Positions 29,846 through 40,600 of a stretch of DNA of 64,000 nucleotides are shown piece after piece. A model generated the notes under the pieces. That model was not told where the DNA came from and made no database searches. It saw only the letters and a program-made list of their open reading frames with translations. The DNA is taken from contig JABVCE010000007.1 of the NCBI GenBank assembly GCA_014905635.1, positions 1,054,001 through 1,118,000 of the forward strand, given 5' to 3'. Position 1 is the first letter of the stretch; each line of letters starts with the position of its first letter. Origin of the DNA: Scenedesmus sp. PABB004 (Eukaryota). The position numbers were made by a program, and so were the translations under genes.

Positions 29846-31198
29846 TCACGCCTGCTTCTCTGCCGCGCCGCCGCCGCCGCCGCGCTGGAGCTTCGCGCGC
29901 ATGCTGGCGAGCAGGTCCTCGGTCGTCTCCAGCAGCAGCTCCGGCGCCTTGTCGCCGGTGACCTCGGCAATCAGTGTCTCCAGCTGCTGCTGCCGCTTCA
30001 GCAGCTCAAACGCCTGGGCCCTGTGCGGGGGCGCGGGCGCGGCCGGCGTCGCACCGGCGCCGCGCCGGCGGCCCACGCAGCAGCGGCGCGCCCCGCGCCG
30101 AGGCCGCGGACGCCAGCCCCCACGCACCGCAGCGCGATGTTCTCTGCCTCCAGGCGGGCAATGTCGGCGTCCTCGCTCGCACCCATGCCCTGGTTGCCCC
30201 GCAGCTGCTCCTCGACCTGCGCCCCACGCAGCGCGGCGCCGGCGGCGGGCGGCGGCGCGCTCGGCGGGCGCGGCGCGGCGCGGCGCGGCGCTGCGCGGGG
30301 CGGCGCAGCGCCCCACCGCTGCCGCTCGCGGCCGCCCCCACCCCGCCCGGGCGCGCACCATGTCCAGGGCTTTGTTCGCCAGGTCGTCGGCCCGGCTGTA
30401 CGACGGCCGGCTGGGCGGCGCGATGCTGCTCGGCGACGCAAAGCTGCGGCCGCCGCCGCGGCCGCCGCCGCCGCCGCCGCCGCCGCCACCGCCGCGGCCG
30501 CCGCCGCCCCCGGACCAGCGGCTTGACCGGCCGGCCGGCCAGCTGGTCGTTCAGTGCCGAGATCTCAGCGCGCAGCGCCGCGACGTCGGACGCCTACGGC
30601 GCGGCGGCGCGGCGCCGGCGCCGGGCGTCGCCGCGCTGCGCGTGCGGGCCGCGGCGGCAGCGCTGCCGCGTGCGCGCCTCGCGCGCGCGCGCCGCGGCGG
30701 CCCGGGCCGGCCGCCGCGCACCCGGGGCATCGCGCGGCCGGACTCGAACATCGCGGCGAGCTCCGCCTCCTTGCGCGACAGCGCCGCCTGCAGCTCCGCG
30801 ACCGACGACGCGCCCTGCGCCGCCGCGGCGGGCACGACGCGCGGCCGCGGCCGCGGCGCTGCCGGCCACGCCGAGCTACGCACGGGCGCGGGGCGGGCGG
30901 CTGCGGCGGCGGCGGCAGCAGGCGGGGCGCGACAGCAGCGGGCGGCGGTGGGCAGCGGCGGGCGGGGCGCGCCGGCGCGCGCCCAGTACACCGCGGCGCC
31001 GCTGCTGGGGCTGGCCCGACACACTGTGAGGGCCGTGCGCCGCCTGGCGGACGCGGGCGCGGCGCCCTGGGCGCGCCGGACGCCCTGAAAGGCCGCTGCT
31101 GCTGCCGCGCCAGCCTGGCGCTCCGCGGCTCGACCGCGCGCGGGCGCGCCGCGCCACGCACCTGCCACGCCGCGCCGCATGGCCGCGCGGGCCTGCAT
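29846..31198 (-). CDS. Hypothetical plastid-targeted coiled-coil protein
   Basis: Arg/Ala-rich transit-like N-terminus. Heptad segments VAELQAALSRKEAELAAMF, IARLEAENIALRAQAFELLKRQQQLETLIAEV. Consistent splice sites. Confidence 0.65.
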
Positions 31199-31419
31199 TG
31201 GGCACCCCCGCCGGCGCGAGCGCGCAAAGGCTGCGCGTCACGCTCGTGATCGAAACGCTGATGAGACAACGGCGGAGCGGCGCGCGGGGCACGAGAGCGC
31301 AGTGGCGGCGGCGGCTGGCTGCGAGCGCGGCGCGGCGCCGCGTTTGAGCCCTGCGCCGCTGGTCAATTGGCCCCCGCCCGATCGGCAGTCCCCCACTCCC
31401 GCGCCCTCCAACCACGGCC

Positions 31420-34035
31420 ATGCAGCGCTGCAGCCAGCAGCTGCGGCCGGCGGCGCCGCGGGCGCCGCTGCCGCTGTCGCCGCTGCGGCGCGCCGCGGCC
31501 CGCCGCGCCGGTCCGCCGACCGCCCGCGCACGGGCGCGGGACGGTGCCGACGTGCCGCTGGCGCGGCGCGCCGTGGCCGCTGCCGCCGGCGCGGAGGGGG
31601 AGCCAGGCGCGGCGGCGTCGACGAGCCCGCTGCCCGCGCCCGCCCAGCCGGCGCCGGCAGCGGCCGCGTGGGTGTGGGAGGAGTCGCCCGACGCGGCGCG
31701 CGCGTATGCCGCCTTCTTCGCCTGGCTCGCGCTGGGCGCGCTGCCCGCGGCGCAGGGGCTGCACGCCGCCGTCGGTGCGCGTGCCGCAGCGCGCAGTGCG
31801 CAGCGCCATTTTGTTCGCGCCGAGCGAACGCACGCCACACGCTCCCGCACGACACACGCTCCCCCACACGCTCGCGCACGCGCGCGCAGACCTGCCGTAC
31901 TTCGTTGGCCTCTGCGTCCTCACTGTCTACATCGGCAGCCACCGCGGGCTGACGTCGCGGTCAAAGCAGCAGATCAACATGAAGGAGGCGCGCGCGCCCA
32001 CAGACACAGCGGCGGCGGCGGCGGCAGTGACGGCGGCGTGGCACGCCTGCCCCCCATGCACGCGCGCGCGCGCCGACCGCCGGCCGCCGGCCGCCGGGCG
32101 CAGGGCCTGCTCGCGCCGGTGCTCGCGTCGGCGTCGCTGTTTGGGCTGTACCTGCTGGCCAAGTACTTCCCCGGCTTCAGGTGCAGCGGGCACGCCGCGC
32201 CCGCACGCACGCACGCACGCCCGCACGCACGCCCGCCCCCCGCGCCAGCCCCCGCGGCGCCTGGCCGCACGGCCGCGCGCGCGAGCCGCCTGCCCGCCCG
32301 CCCGCCCTGCCCTGCCGAAGCGCAGCATCCAGACGTTCCTCGACCTCTACTTCTTTGCACTCGGCAGCGTCGCAATCTTCGGCGCCGCGAGGTGCGCCGC
32401 CGTGCCGCTGCGGCTGGCCGCGCCGCGCCGCGCCCGCGGCAGCCGGACGGCGCCCGCGCCTGCGGCGGCCGGACGACGCCCCGCGCCCGCGCCCGTGCCC
32501 ACGCCCGCGCGCGCAGCCCGCTGCTGCGCGCCGTCGGCGGCCCCCTCGGGTCGCGGAGCCTCAGCTTCGCGCCGCCCGAGGGCTGGCTGCTCGACGACGC
32601 CGGCGCGCCGGTGTTGCGCGTCGCGCTCGCGCCGACCGACCTCGCCGCCGCCGCGCTCGCGGTCGGGCTCGCGGCCGCGGAGCTCGCGAGCCACCACACG
32701 AGCTTCACGCTGAACAACCTCATCGCCTGCCTCGTCGCGACCGAGATCCTCGCCCTCGTCGGCCTCCGCAGCTTCAGGCGCGCGCCGCGCCGCAGCCCGC
32801 GCCGCGCCGCGCCGCGCCGCAGCCCGCGCCGCGCCGCGCCGCGCCGCCTGAGCCGCGCCCGAGCCGCCCCCGCGCCGCGCCCGTGCTTCCCCTGCCGCGC
32901 AGGACGGCCGCGCTGCTGCTCGCCGGGCTGCTCGCCTACGACGTTTTCTGGGTCTTTGGCAGCCCCACGGGTGCGCGCCGGCGACACACGCGCGCCGCGC
33001 CGCCGCTCGCTCCCCGCCCGCCGCTCGCCCGCCCGCCCGCGGCCGACCCGGCCGCCGCCACTCGCTCCCCGCCCGCCGCCCCCCGCAGTGGTCGGCGACA
33101 ACGTGATGCTCAAGGTCGCCACGTCCGACATGGTCGTCGGGCCCACGCGCCTCCTCTTCCCCGCGCGCCGGGCGGCGTCGGCGAGGCGCGCCGCGCCGCC
33201 GCCGCACTGCCGTCGCGTTGCCGCCGCCGCCGCTGCGACGCCGCCGCGACGTTGCCGCCTCCCTGCCGCCCCGCACCGCGCAGGCCGCCGACTTTCCCTT
33301 TTCGCTGCTGGGGCTCGGCGACGTCGCGATCCCGGGCCTGCTGGTGCGGCCCGGGGGGAGGCGCGCGGGCGCACAGGGGCGGCCCGCGGCTGCGCGCGGG
33401 CCGGGTGCGCTGCCTGCTGCCGCGCTCACGCCGTGCCCGCGCGCGTGCCGGCCGCGCGCGCGCCGCAGGCGGGTCTCGCGCTGCGCTACGACGCGTCGCG
33501 CCTGACCAACATGCAGGCGCGCGCGACCGCGGCGGCGGCGGCGATCCAGGGCGCGCTCGACGCGCTCGAGCCGGGCGCGAGCCGCGCCGAGATGGGCGAC
33601 GCCGCGGCGAGCGCGGCGGCCGAGGCGTACGACGCCGTGGCCGACCGCGAGCTGCGGCAGCGGGACAGCACGCAGGGCAGCGGCGCCGGCGGCGCGAGCG
33701 GCAGCGCCGACGACGCGGGCGGCGCCGGCGCCGGCGGCGGCGGCGGCGGCGGCGTGCCCGTGTCGGCGGAGGTGCTGCAGCAGCGGACCTACTTCACGCG
33801 CGTCGTCGTCGCGCACGTGGCCGGCCTGCTCAGCGCGTTTGCGGCCAACGCCGTGACGCACTTGGGCCAACCGGCGCTGCTTTACATTGTGCCCAGCACG
33901 CTGCTCACCGTCGCGGGCACCGCGGCGAGCCGCACCGAGCTCGGCCGCGTGTGGCGCTTCACGGACGTGCCCTCGTTCGGCCTCGCGGCGGCGCGGCCGG
34001 CGGACGACGGCGCGGCGGGGCCGCCCAAGCGCTGA
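31420..34035 (+). CDS. Signal peptide peptidase-like GxGD aspartyl protease (A22B) with transit-peptide-like N-terminus; apparent 1-nt frameshift at ~33159-33162
   Basis: LLAYDVFWVFGS (YD), LLGLGDVAIPG (GxGD), GQPALLYIVP (PAL), FTLNNLIA. Confidence 0.9.
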   Translation: MQRCSQQLRPAAPRAPLPLSPLRRAAARRAGPPTARARARDGADVPLARRAVAAAAGAEGEPGAAASTSPLPAPAQPAPAAAAWVWEESPDAARAYAAFFAWLALGALPAAQGLHAAVGARAAARSAQRHFVRAERTHATRSRTTHAPPHARARARRPAVLRWPLRPHCLHRQPPRADVAVKAADQHEGGARAHRHSGGGGGSDGGVARLPPMHARARRPPAAGRRAQGLLAPVLASASLFGLYLLAKYFPGFRCSGHAAPARTHARPHARPPPAPAPAAPGRTAARASRLPARPPCPAEAQHPDVPRPLLLCTRQRRNLRRREVRRRAAAAGRAAPRPRQPDGARACGGRTTPRARARAHARARSPLLRAVGGPLGSRSLSFAPPEGWLLDDAGAPVLRVALAPTDLAAAALAVGLAAAELASHHTSFTLNNLIACLVATEILALVGLRSFRRAPRRSPRRAAPRRSPRRAAPRRLSRARAAPAPRPCFPCRAGRPRCCSPGCSPTTFSGSLAAPRVRAGDTRAPRRRSLPARRSPARPRPTRPPPLAPRPPPPAVVGDNVMLKVATSDMVVGPTRLLFPARRAASARRAAPPPHCRRVAAAAAATPPRRCRLPAAPHRAGRRLSLFAAGARRRRDPGPAGAARGEARGRTGAARGCARAGCAACCRAHAVPARVPAARAPQAGLALRYDASRLTNMQARATAAAAAIQGALDALEPGASRAEMGDAAASAAAEAYDAVADRELRQRDSTQGSGAGGASGSADDAGGAGAGGGGGGGVPVSAEVLQQRTYFTRVVVAHVAGLLSAFAANAVTHLGQPALLYIVPSTLLTVAGTAASRTELGRVWRFTDVPSFGLAAARPADDGAAGPPKR

Positions 34036-34760
34036 GCGCTGGCTGGCAGCGCCCTGGCCCGCCGAGGCTGCTCCGCGCTGGCCGGCCGCACCGCGGCCGG
34101 CCGAGGCGGCGGCGGGGCAGCTGCAGGAGCAGGAGCAGCCAGCCGGCCGCGCGGGCGTGCGGTTTGCCGTCTGATCGGCGCCCGCGTGGCTCGGTGCCGC
34201 CGCGCAGCCGAGGCGGCGCCGCCGCCTGCGTCTCGCGGCGCAGCTCCGCACGGCTGGCGTCTGATGAGTGAGAAGCCTGCTGATGGGGCGCGCGTGGGGT
34301 GCAGGTCGGCCGCGAGGGCGCGGCCCCAGCCGGCGGGCGCTGGCGTGCCCGCCAGGCCGAACGCGCCCGCCAGTGGGCGGCAGCTGTGCGCGGGGAGGGA
34401 CGAGGGGCTCGCCGCGGCCCAGAGGCGCGTCGCGGCGGCCGGGCGCGAGTGACAGACGTTAAAGCGCACCCGCCCCGCAGCAGATTCGTGAGGCGCCGCG
34501 ACGCCAAGCGCCCGCGCGGCCGCCGAGACGCACCAGTGCGAGCAATCCCAGCCACCGAGACGAGCCAGGCACGCCCACGCACGAGCACACGCCACACACG
34601 ACCAGGCAGCCCGACGCGCGCGGACCGAGGGGCGCCCCGGGGGAGCACGAGAGCACGCGGGGGAGCGCGGCGCCGTCATGACGGGCGCGCTGGAGGCGGC
34701 GGAGGGCGAGGCGGGGCACGATGCCCACCTCGCGCCCAGCAACTTTCAGTGCGCGATCTG
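34036..34760. repeat. Right arm of the inverted duplication
   Basis: Starts at the base after the SPP stop codon and ends inside RING exon 1 (..CAIC). Confidence 0.95.
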
Positions 34761-36934
34761 CTTCGAGCTGCTGCTGGACCCGGTCGTAGGTGCGTGTCGC
34801 TGGTGGCCTCTCCGCGCGGCGGCGGGCCTGCAGGCGGCGCGGGGAGGTGGCAGCGCCAGGCGGGCTGGCGCGCTGGAGTCTTCTCGGCCGCTCCGCGGCC
34901 CGCCAGGCGCCGCGCGATCCACCCTCCGCGCTGGCGGCCGGGGATCAGCACGTCGCCGGGCCGGGAGGGCGGCGCCGGCGCGCCAGCGCGCGGGGGGGGG
35001 CAATCCCTGAGCGACGTGCTCCGCCCTTTTTGTCGCGCCTCGCCCGCAGGGTCCTGCGGCCACGACTTTTGCATGCACTGCATCTCGGCATGGAAGGAGG
35101 AGCGCCAGCGCTTCGGCCGGAGCATCCAGTGCCCCGTCTGCCGGGCGGAGCTCTGCTCGGCATTCCAGGCCTTCGGTGCGCGCCCCGCGGCGCCGGCCCC
35201 GCGCGCGCGGCCCCGGATTGCCCTGCCGCCGCAGCGCCCAGCCGCCCGCGCACGCCGCGCGGCGCCGGCTGGCGCGGCGCGCGGCGGCGGGCGCCCGGCG
35301 GCGCCGGCGACAGCAGCAGCAGCGCCGGCGAGCGCGCAGGCAGCAGCGGCGACGCCGCCGCGCGCCGAGCCGACCCCGCGCGCCCCGCGCGCCAACGCCC
35401 GCGCCGCAGGCGTCTGCATCCGGCTGCGGGAGACGATTGAGAAGCTCTTCCCGAAGCAGCTGGAGGCGCGGCGCCGCGACGTCGAGGCGGCCCGGCTCGC
35501 GGCGGCCGCGCACGCGGCGCAGCTCAACGCGACCGCGCAGTTTGGCGGCACGCCGACCGCGGCCGCGGCGGCCGCTGCCGCTGCGGCGGCCGCGGCGGCC
35601 GCCGCGGGTGCCGGCTTTGGCGCGGCCGACGCGGAGCTGCAGGCGAGCTTCAGCACGTACGCCGACGCGTACCGCCAGCTCAGCCAGAACCTCCTGGGGC
35701 TGATCGCGCGCCAGCAGGAGGTCGCGGTGGGGCAGCAGTTCCACGCGCAGCACCAGGCGCTCGCGCAGCACCAGCACATGCACAGCGCGGCGCTGCGCGC
35801 CAACCTGCAGGGCAGCCTGCAGACGCTGCTGCGCCCGCCCGCGCACCCGGCGAGCAGCACGACGAGCAGCAGCAGCACGGCGACCGCGCTCGCCGCGGCG
35901 CAGCAGGCCGCCGGCGGCGGCGCGGCGGCGCACGCGGCGCCGGGCGGCGGCGGCGGCGGCGGCGAGGATGCCATGCAGGTCGACGCGCCGGCGCAGCAGC
36001 CGCAGCAGCAGCCGCCGGCGCAGCAGCCATCGGCGGGCGGCGACGGCGCCGGCGGCGGCGGCGTCGGCGGCGACCCGGCCGTCGACGCGTCGCTGCCGCA
36101 GCACCACCCGCACATGCAGCCGCCGGCGCCGCTGCTCGACCAGTCGGCGAGCGTCGCGGCGTTCATGCTGCAGGTCGCGCAGCTGCAGCAGCAGCAGGCG
36201 GCCGCGGGGCGGCGCAGGGCGGCGGCGGCGGCGACGGCGCGCTCACCGAGCAGCAGGCCGCGCTGCTCTACCACCAGCAGCAGGAGGTCATGATGCACTG
36301 GTATGCCGGCGTGCTCGCGCACCAGCAGCAGGCCGCCGCGGCAGCAGCCGCGGCCGCGGCCGCGGCGGGCGGCGGCGGCGCGGCTGCGGCGCCCGCGCCC
36401 GCGCCCGCGCCGCCCGCGGCGCCCGCGGCGGCGCCCGGCGCCGCGCCGCGCGCGGTGCTGAGCAGCTGGATGGTGCCATCGGCGCTCACGAGCGAGGCGG
36501 ACCTGATGCGGCTCTATGCGAGCCTGCAGAGCCGCATCCAGACCTGCGAGCGCCTGCTGTGCATGAGCGGGCACAGCGACATGGTCGCGGCGCGCCAGGC
36601 GGCCGAGGTGCAGTCGGCGGGCGTGTCGCTCGCGGCCGCCGCGGCCGCGCCCGGCGCGAGCGCGGGCGCCGCGGCGGCGGGCGCGCCGTACCTGGCGTAC
36701 CTCGCGCACGCGCAGCAGGCGCAGGCGGCGGCCGCGGCAGCGGCGCTGTCGGGCCCGCAGCAGCAGCTCATCCAGGAGCGGCTGATGATGCAGCGCCAGA
36801 TGGCCGCGCAGCAGCAGCAGCAGCAGCAGCAGCTCTGGTGGCAGCGCAGCCAGCTCGTGGCGCAGGCGCAGCAGGCCGCCCAGGCCCAGCTCGCGGCGGC
36901 GCACGGCGCCGGCGGGGGCGGGCAGCAGTCCTAG
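34678..36934 (+). CDS. C3HC4 RING-finger protein (putative E3 ligase) with Ala/Gln-rich tail; apparent 1-nt frameshift at ~36206-36209
   Basis: Spliced CAICFELLLDPVVG|SCGHDFCMHCISAW..IQCPVCRAEL, then VCIRLRETIEKLFP. Confidence 0.85.
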
Positions 36935-37605
36935 GCGGCGCGCGCGCGCGCCGCGCGGCCGGCGCGGCAGACGCGCCGGCGGTGCGGCCGCGGCGGAGGC
37001 AGCCAGGGAGCCGGCGCGCGAGTGAGACGGCGAATGAGAGAGGCAGGGTGTGTGCGAGCGAGCGAGTGAGCAAATCGAGGGAGCGAGGGAGCACGGGGAG
37101 CGCGCATCCATGTACCTTCACACCACCGAGGCCTTGATTTGGTGACGCGGCCGCCGCCGCCGCCGCGCACGCACGGCGCCCCAGCGCCGGCGCGGCGGCG
37201 CGCGCACGGCGCGGTGAGGGCGAGCCTGCTGCTTGGCGAGAGCACGTGTGGGCGACTTGTGAGCGAGCACTGCCGGCTTGGTGGAGGGGCAGGCAGCCCG
37301 GCGCGCGCCTGCGGTCGACGACCGCCGCGCGCGCCGGGAGCCCTGCGGCGTGCGGGCGACTACGAGGCCCCGCGGCAGCCAGTTGCTGGCGCCGAGCCGC
37401 GCCGCTGCTGGCGGGCGCCGCCGCCGCCGGTCTTTGCACCGGCCCCCTGATTGAAATAATGACCTTCGTTTTGGCGCGATGCCCTGGAAAGGGAAGTGCC
37501 GCCCGCGGCTTTGCCACTGCCTGCCTGCCGCGCGCCGGCCGCCTCGGCGGTCGGCAGGGTAAGGAATCACATTGTTGGCGACGCGGCGGGACGAGGGCAG
37601 CACGT

Positions 37606-37610
37606 TTACA
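37606..37610 (-). terminator. Putative TGTAA poly(A) signal of the nardilysin-like gene
   Basis: TTACA ~40 nt downstream of the stop at 37649. Confidence 0.45.
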
Positions 37611-37648
37611 CAGAGCCGGCTGCCAGCGCGACAGCTCACAGCTCGCGC

Positions 37649-40600
37649 TCAGTCGCTGCCGTCCGCGAGCTGCGGCGTGCAGCCGCCGTACGGCGGCCAC
37701 AGCGGCAGCCCCGCCTTCGCCTCGTCGGGGCTGGCCGCCAGCTGCACGCGCACGCCCGGCGCCAGCGCAGGCACCGCTGGCCCCGCGCCCGCCGCGCCGC
37801 CGCCGCCGCCGCCGCCGACCGGCTGCTGGCGGCGCTGGCGCTTCGCACCCTTTGGGCTGGCCGGCACGGCGTCCGGCTCGGCGTCTGGCTCCGCGCTGGC
37901 GCCGCCGCCGCCCTCGCCGTCGCCCTCGCCGCCAGCGTGCACGACCGCCGTGCCTGGCACATGGTGCCCCGCCGGGTGCTCCGGGCGCAGCGCGCCGTGC
38001 TCGTGCGTCACGTGCTGCTGCGCCTGCGGCCGCTGCGCCGCCTGCGCCGGCTCCGGCTGCTGCCCCGCGGCGGCGCCGCCGCCGCCGCCCGCCGCCGCGC
38101 CCGGCAGGACCTGCACCGAGAGCTTGCGCCGCGCCGCGGAGCTGGGCGCGAGGTGGGCGTCGAAGAAGGCGGCGACCTCAGGCAGGCCCACGCCCCGCAG
38201 CAGCGCCGCCTCCTGCTCGCGGCACAGGAACTCGTAGCGCCCAGACGACACCTGGCGGCGGCAACAGCGGGGGCGGCGGCGGCGGCGGGGCGTTGCAGGG
38301 GGTGCGGCCCGGAGGGGCTCAGGGGCGGGGCGTTCGGGCGGCGCGCACGGGCGCGGTGCGCGCGGGCGGCGCGCGGCGGGCACCTGCTCCCACGCGCGGT
38401 CGCCCTCCTGGCCGAGGCTGGTGTCACGCTGGAGCTTGTTGCTCTCGAGCGCCGCCTTGTGGCGCTCGAACTCGTCCGCCGGCATCGCCTGAACGCGCGC
38501 GCGCGCGGCGCGGCGGCGACGGCGCGGCCGGACGTGGCCGGGGCGCGCGGCGCGGCCTGGGCAGAGGGGGCACGGAGTCCGGGCGGCATTCCCCGCGCGG
38601 CCGCCGCAGCGCGGCGCGGCGCACCCGCAGCGTGTCCGCAAAGGCGGCGAGGAACGCCTCCACGCGCGCGTCGACCTCGTCCGCCGCGAACGCGGCCGAC
38701 ACGACGACGACGCAGAAGCCGCTCACGCCGTGCGTCAGCCGCGCGCCGCTCGACACCGTGTAGCCGAGCTGCTGCTTCGTGCGCAGCGCGTCGTAGAGGG
38801 GCTCGAAGAGCAGCTGGTCCAGCAGGTCGGTCAGCACCCGCACGCGCAGGTCCGACGCGGGCCCGATCTGCGGCAGCGGCGGCGGCGGGAGTCGGCGGCC
38901 CCGGCGGCGGCGGCGGGGGCGGCGGCTGGGGCGGGCGGCCGGGGCGGGCGCCGCCGGCGCCCAACCGTACCTGGTAGTATGACTCGACCGCGCAGTTGGG
39001 CTCCTCCGGGTTGCGCGCGGGCGAGCGCTGCAGCAGCACCACGCCCGCGGGCAGCTCGACGCAGCGCTCGCGCGGCCGCGCGCCCGCGGGCAGCGCCGCG
39101 CCGCCGGCGGCGCCGCCGCGGAGCGCGGCGGCGAGGCCGCGCCCGAGCGACGTCGCCTCGGCCGCAGTGATGTTGCCCAGGAGCAGCGCCTCGAGGTGGC
39201 AGGAGGCGAGGAACTCCGCGGCAAAGGCCTGCGCGCGGCGCGGCGCGGGCAGCGGCGCAGGCAGGGGCCTGGGCAGGGGGCCTGGGCTGGCGCGCACTTC
39301 CCCGCCGGCGGCGGCCGCGGGGGCACGCGTGCCGTGCGCACAGCACGCACGGACGCGCGCACGCCAGGCGGCGCACCTGCACCTCCGCCACGCCCGCCAC
39401 GCCCTCGAGCGCGGCCGCGAGCGCGTCGTGCCCCCAGTGCGGCCCGCCCGACAGCGCCGCGAGCCGCGCCGCGCCCGCGGCCTTGGCGGGCGAGAGCAGC
39501 GCGTTGCGGTAGCGCCGCAGCAGCTGCTCGTGCACTGCGGGGAAGCTCCGCTCGCTGACCTGCGCGGCGCGCCCCGCCGCGCGCGCGGCGTCGGCGTTGG
39601 CGGCAGAAGCGGTGGCGGCGGCGGCGGCGGCGGCGGAAGCAGGCGGACGGCGCGGCGCGCGGAGCGCGCCTTGCAGCCGGCGAGGCAGTCAAAGATGCGG
39701 GCGGCGAGGACGGGCAGCTTGTGGCTGAAGCCGTCGCAGCGCAGCTCCAGGCCGGACATGCCCTCAGGGCTGCTCGACCAGTGCAGCCCCGCGACGTCTG
39801 CGCGGCGGCGGCGGCGCGCGCGCGCGCGCGCGCGCGTCAGGGCCCTCTGGCCGCGGGGCGCGCGGGCGCGCGGGCCAGCGCTCCGCCGGTGGGCGTGTGT
39901 GCGCACCAGCGAGGTAGGCGTCCTCGGCCAGCGCCTCCTCGACGAGGCGCAGCCACAGCGCGGCGAGCACCGCGGCGCGCGCGGTCGCCGCCGCAGCGGG
40001 GCTGGCGACCCGGAAGTAAGCCGCGGCGCGGGGCTGGCCGTACCCGACGGCGAGCTTGTGCCACAGCCGCAGGCCTGCGCGGCGCGGGCGCGGGGTGGCG
40101 CGCGGGGTCTGCGTGTGCGGGCGCGGCGACAGGCGCGGCGCAGCGCGGCGCGGCGTCGCCGGCCGCACCCGGCTCGTCCACCAGCATCGCCGGCGGCGCG
40201 GACAGCACCGGGCCGAGCTCGCGCGCGGCGGCGGGCCCGCCCACGAGCGCCCAGGCCGGCACGCCCGGCGGCAGGCCGCCGTTGGCGGCGCCGTTGGCGG
40301 CGTCGCTCCCGGGGCAGCATCCTTGAGCTCAAAGTCGGACGGCACGTAGGGGTTTGGCGGCGGCAGCGCGAGGTCGGGCGCCGCGGCGCCCCGCGCCCAG
40401 ACGTCGGTCAGCGCCGCCGGCAGCGGCAGCGCCGCGGCCTCCAGGCCAAACCACGGCTCCGTGAACGCGCGCGGCGCGCCCGCGCCTGCGAGCGGCCCGC
40501 CGCCGCCGCCGGCCGCCTGCGCCTGCTCCGCCAGCGAGGCCCTGAGCTCGGGGAAGGCCTTGGTCAGCAGGTCCACGCGGTACGCGCTGCGCTCGGGCGA

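Noticed and set aside
27474..34760. Transposon with long terminal inverted repeats carrying cargo genes
   Set aside because: The arms consist of host gene ends and a promoter; I see no transposase or target-site duplication.
28603..40314. Programmed ribosomal frameshifting or pseudogene status for four genes
   Set aside because: No slippery heptamers and no other decay; the pattern fits homopolymer under-calling.
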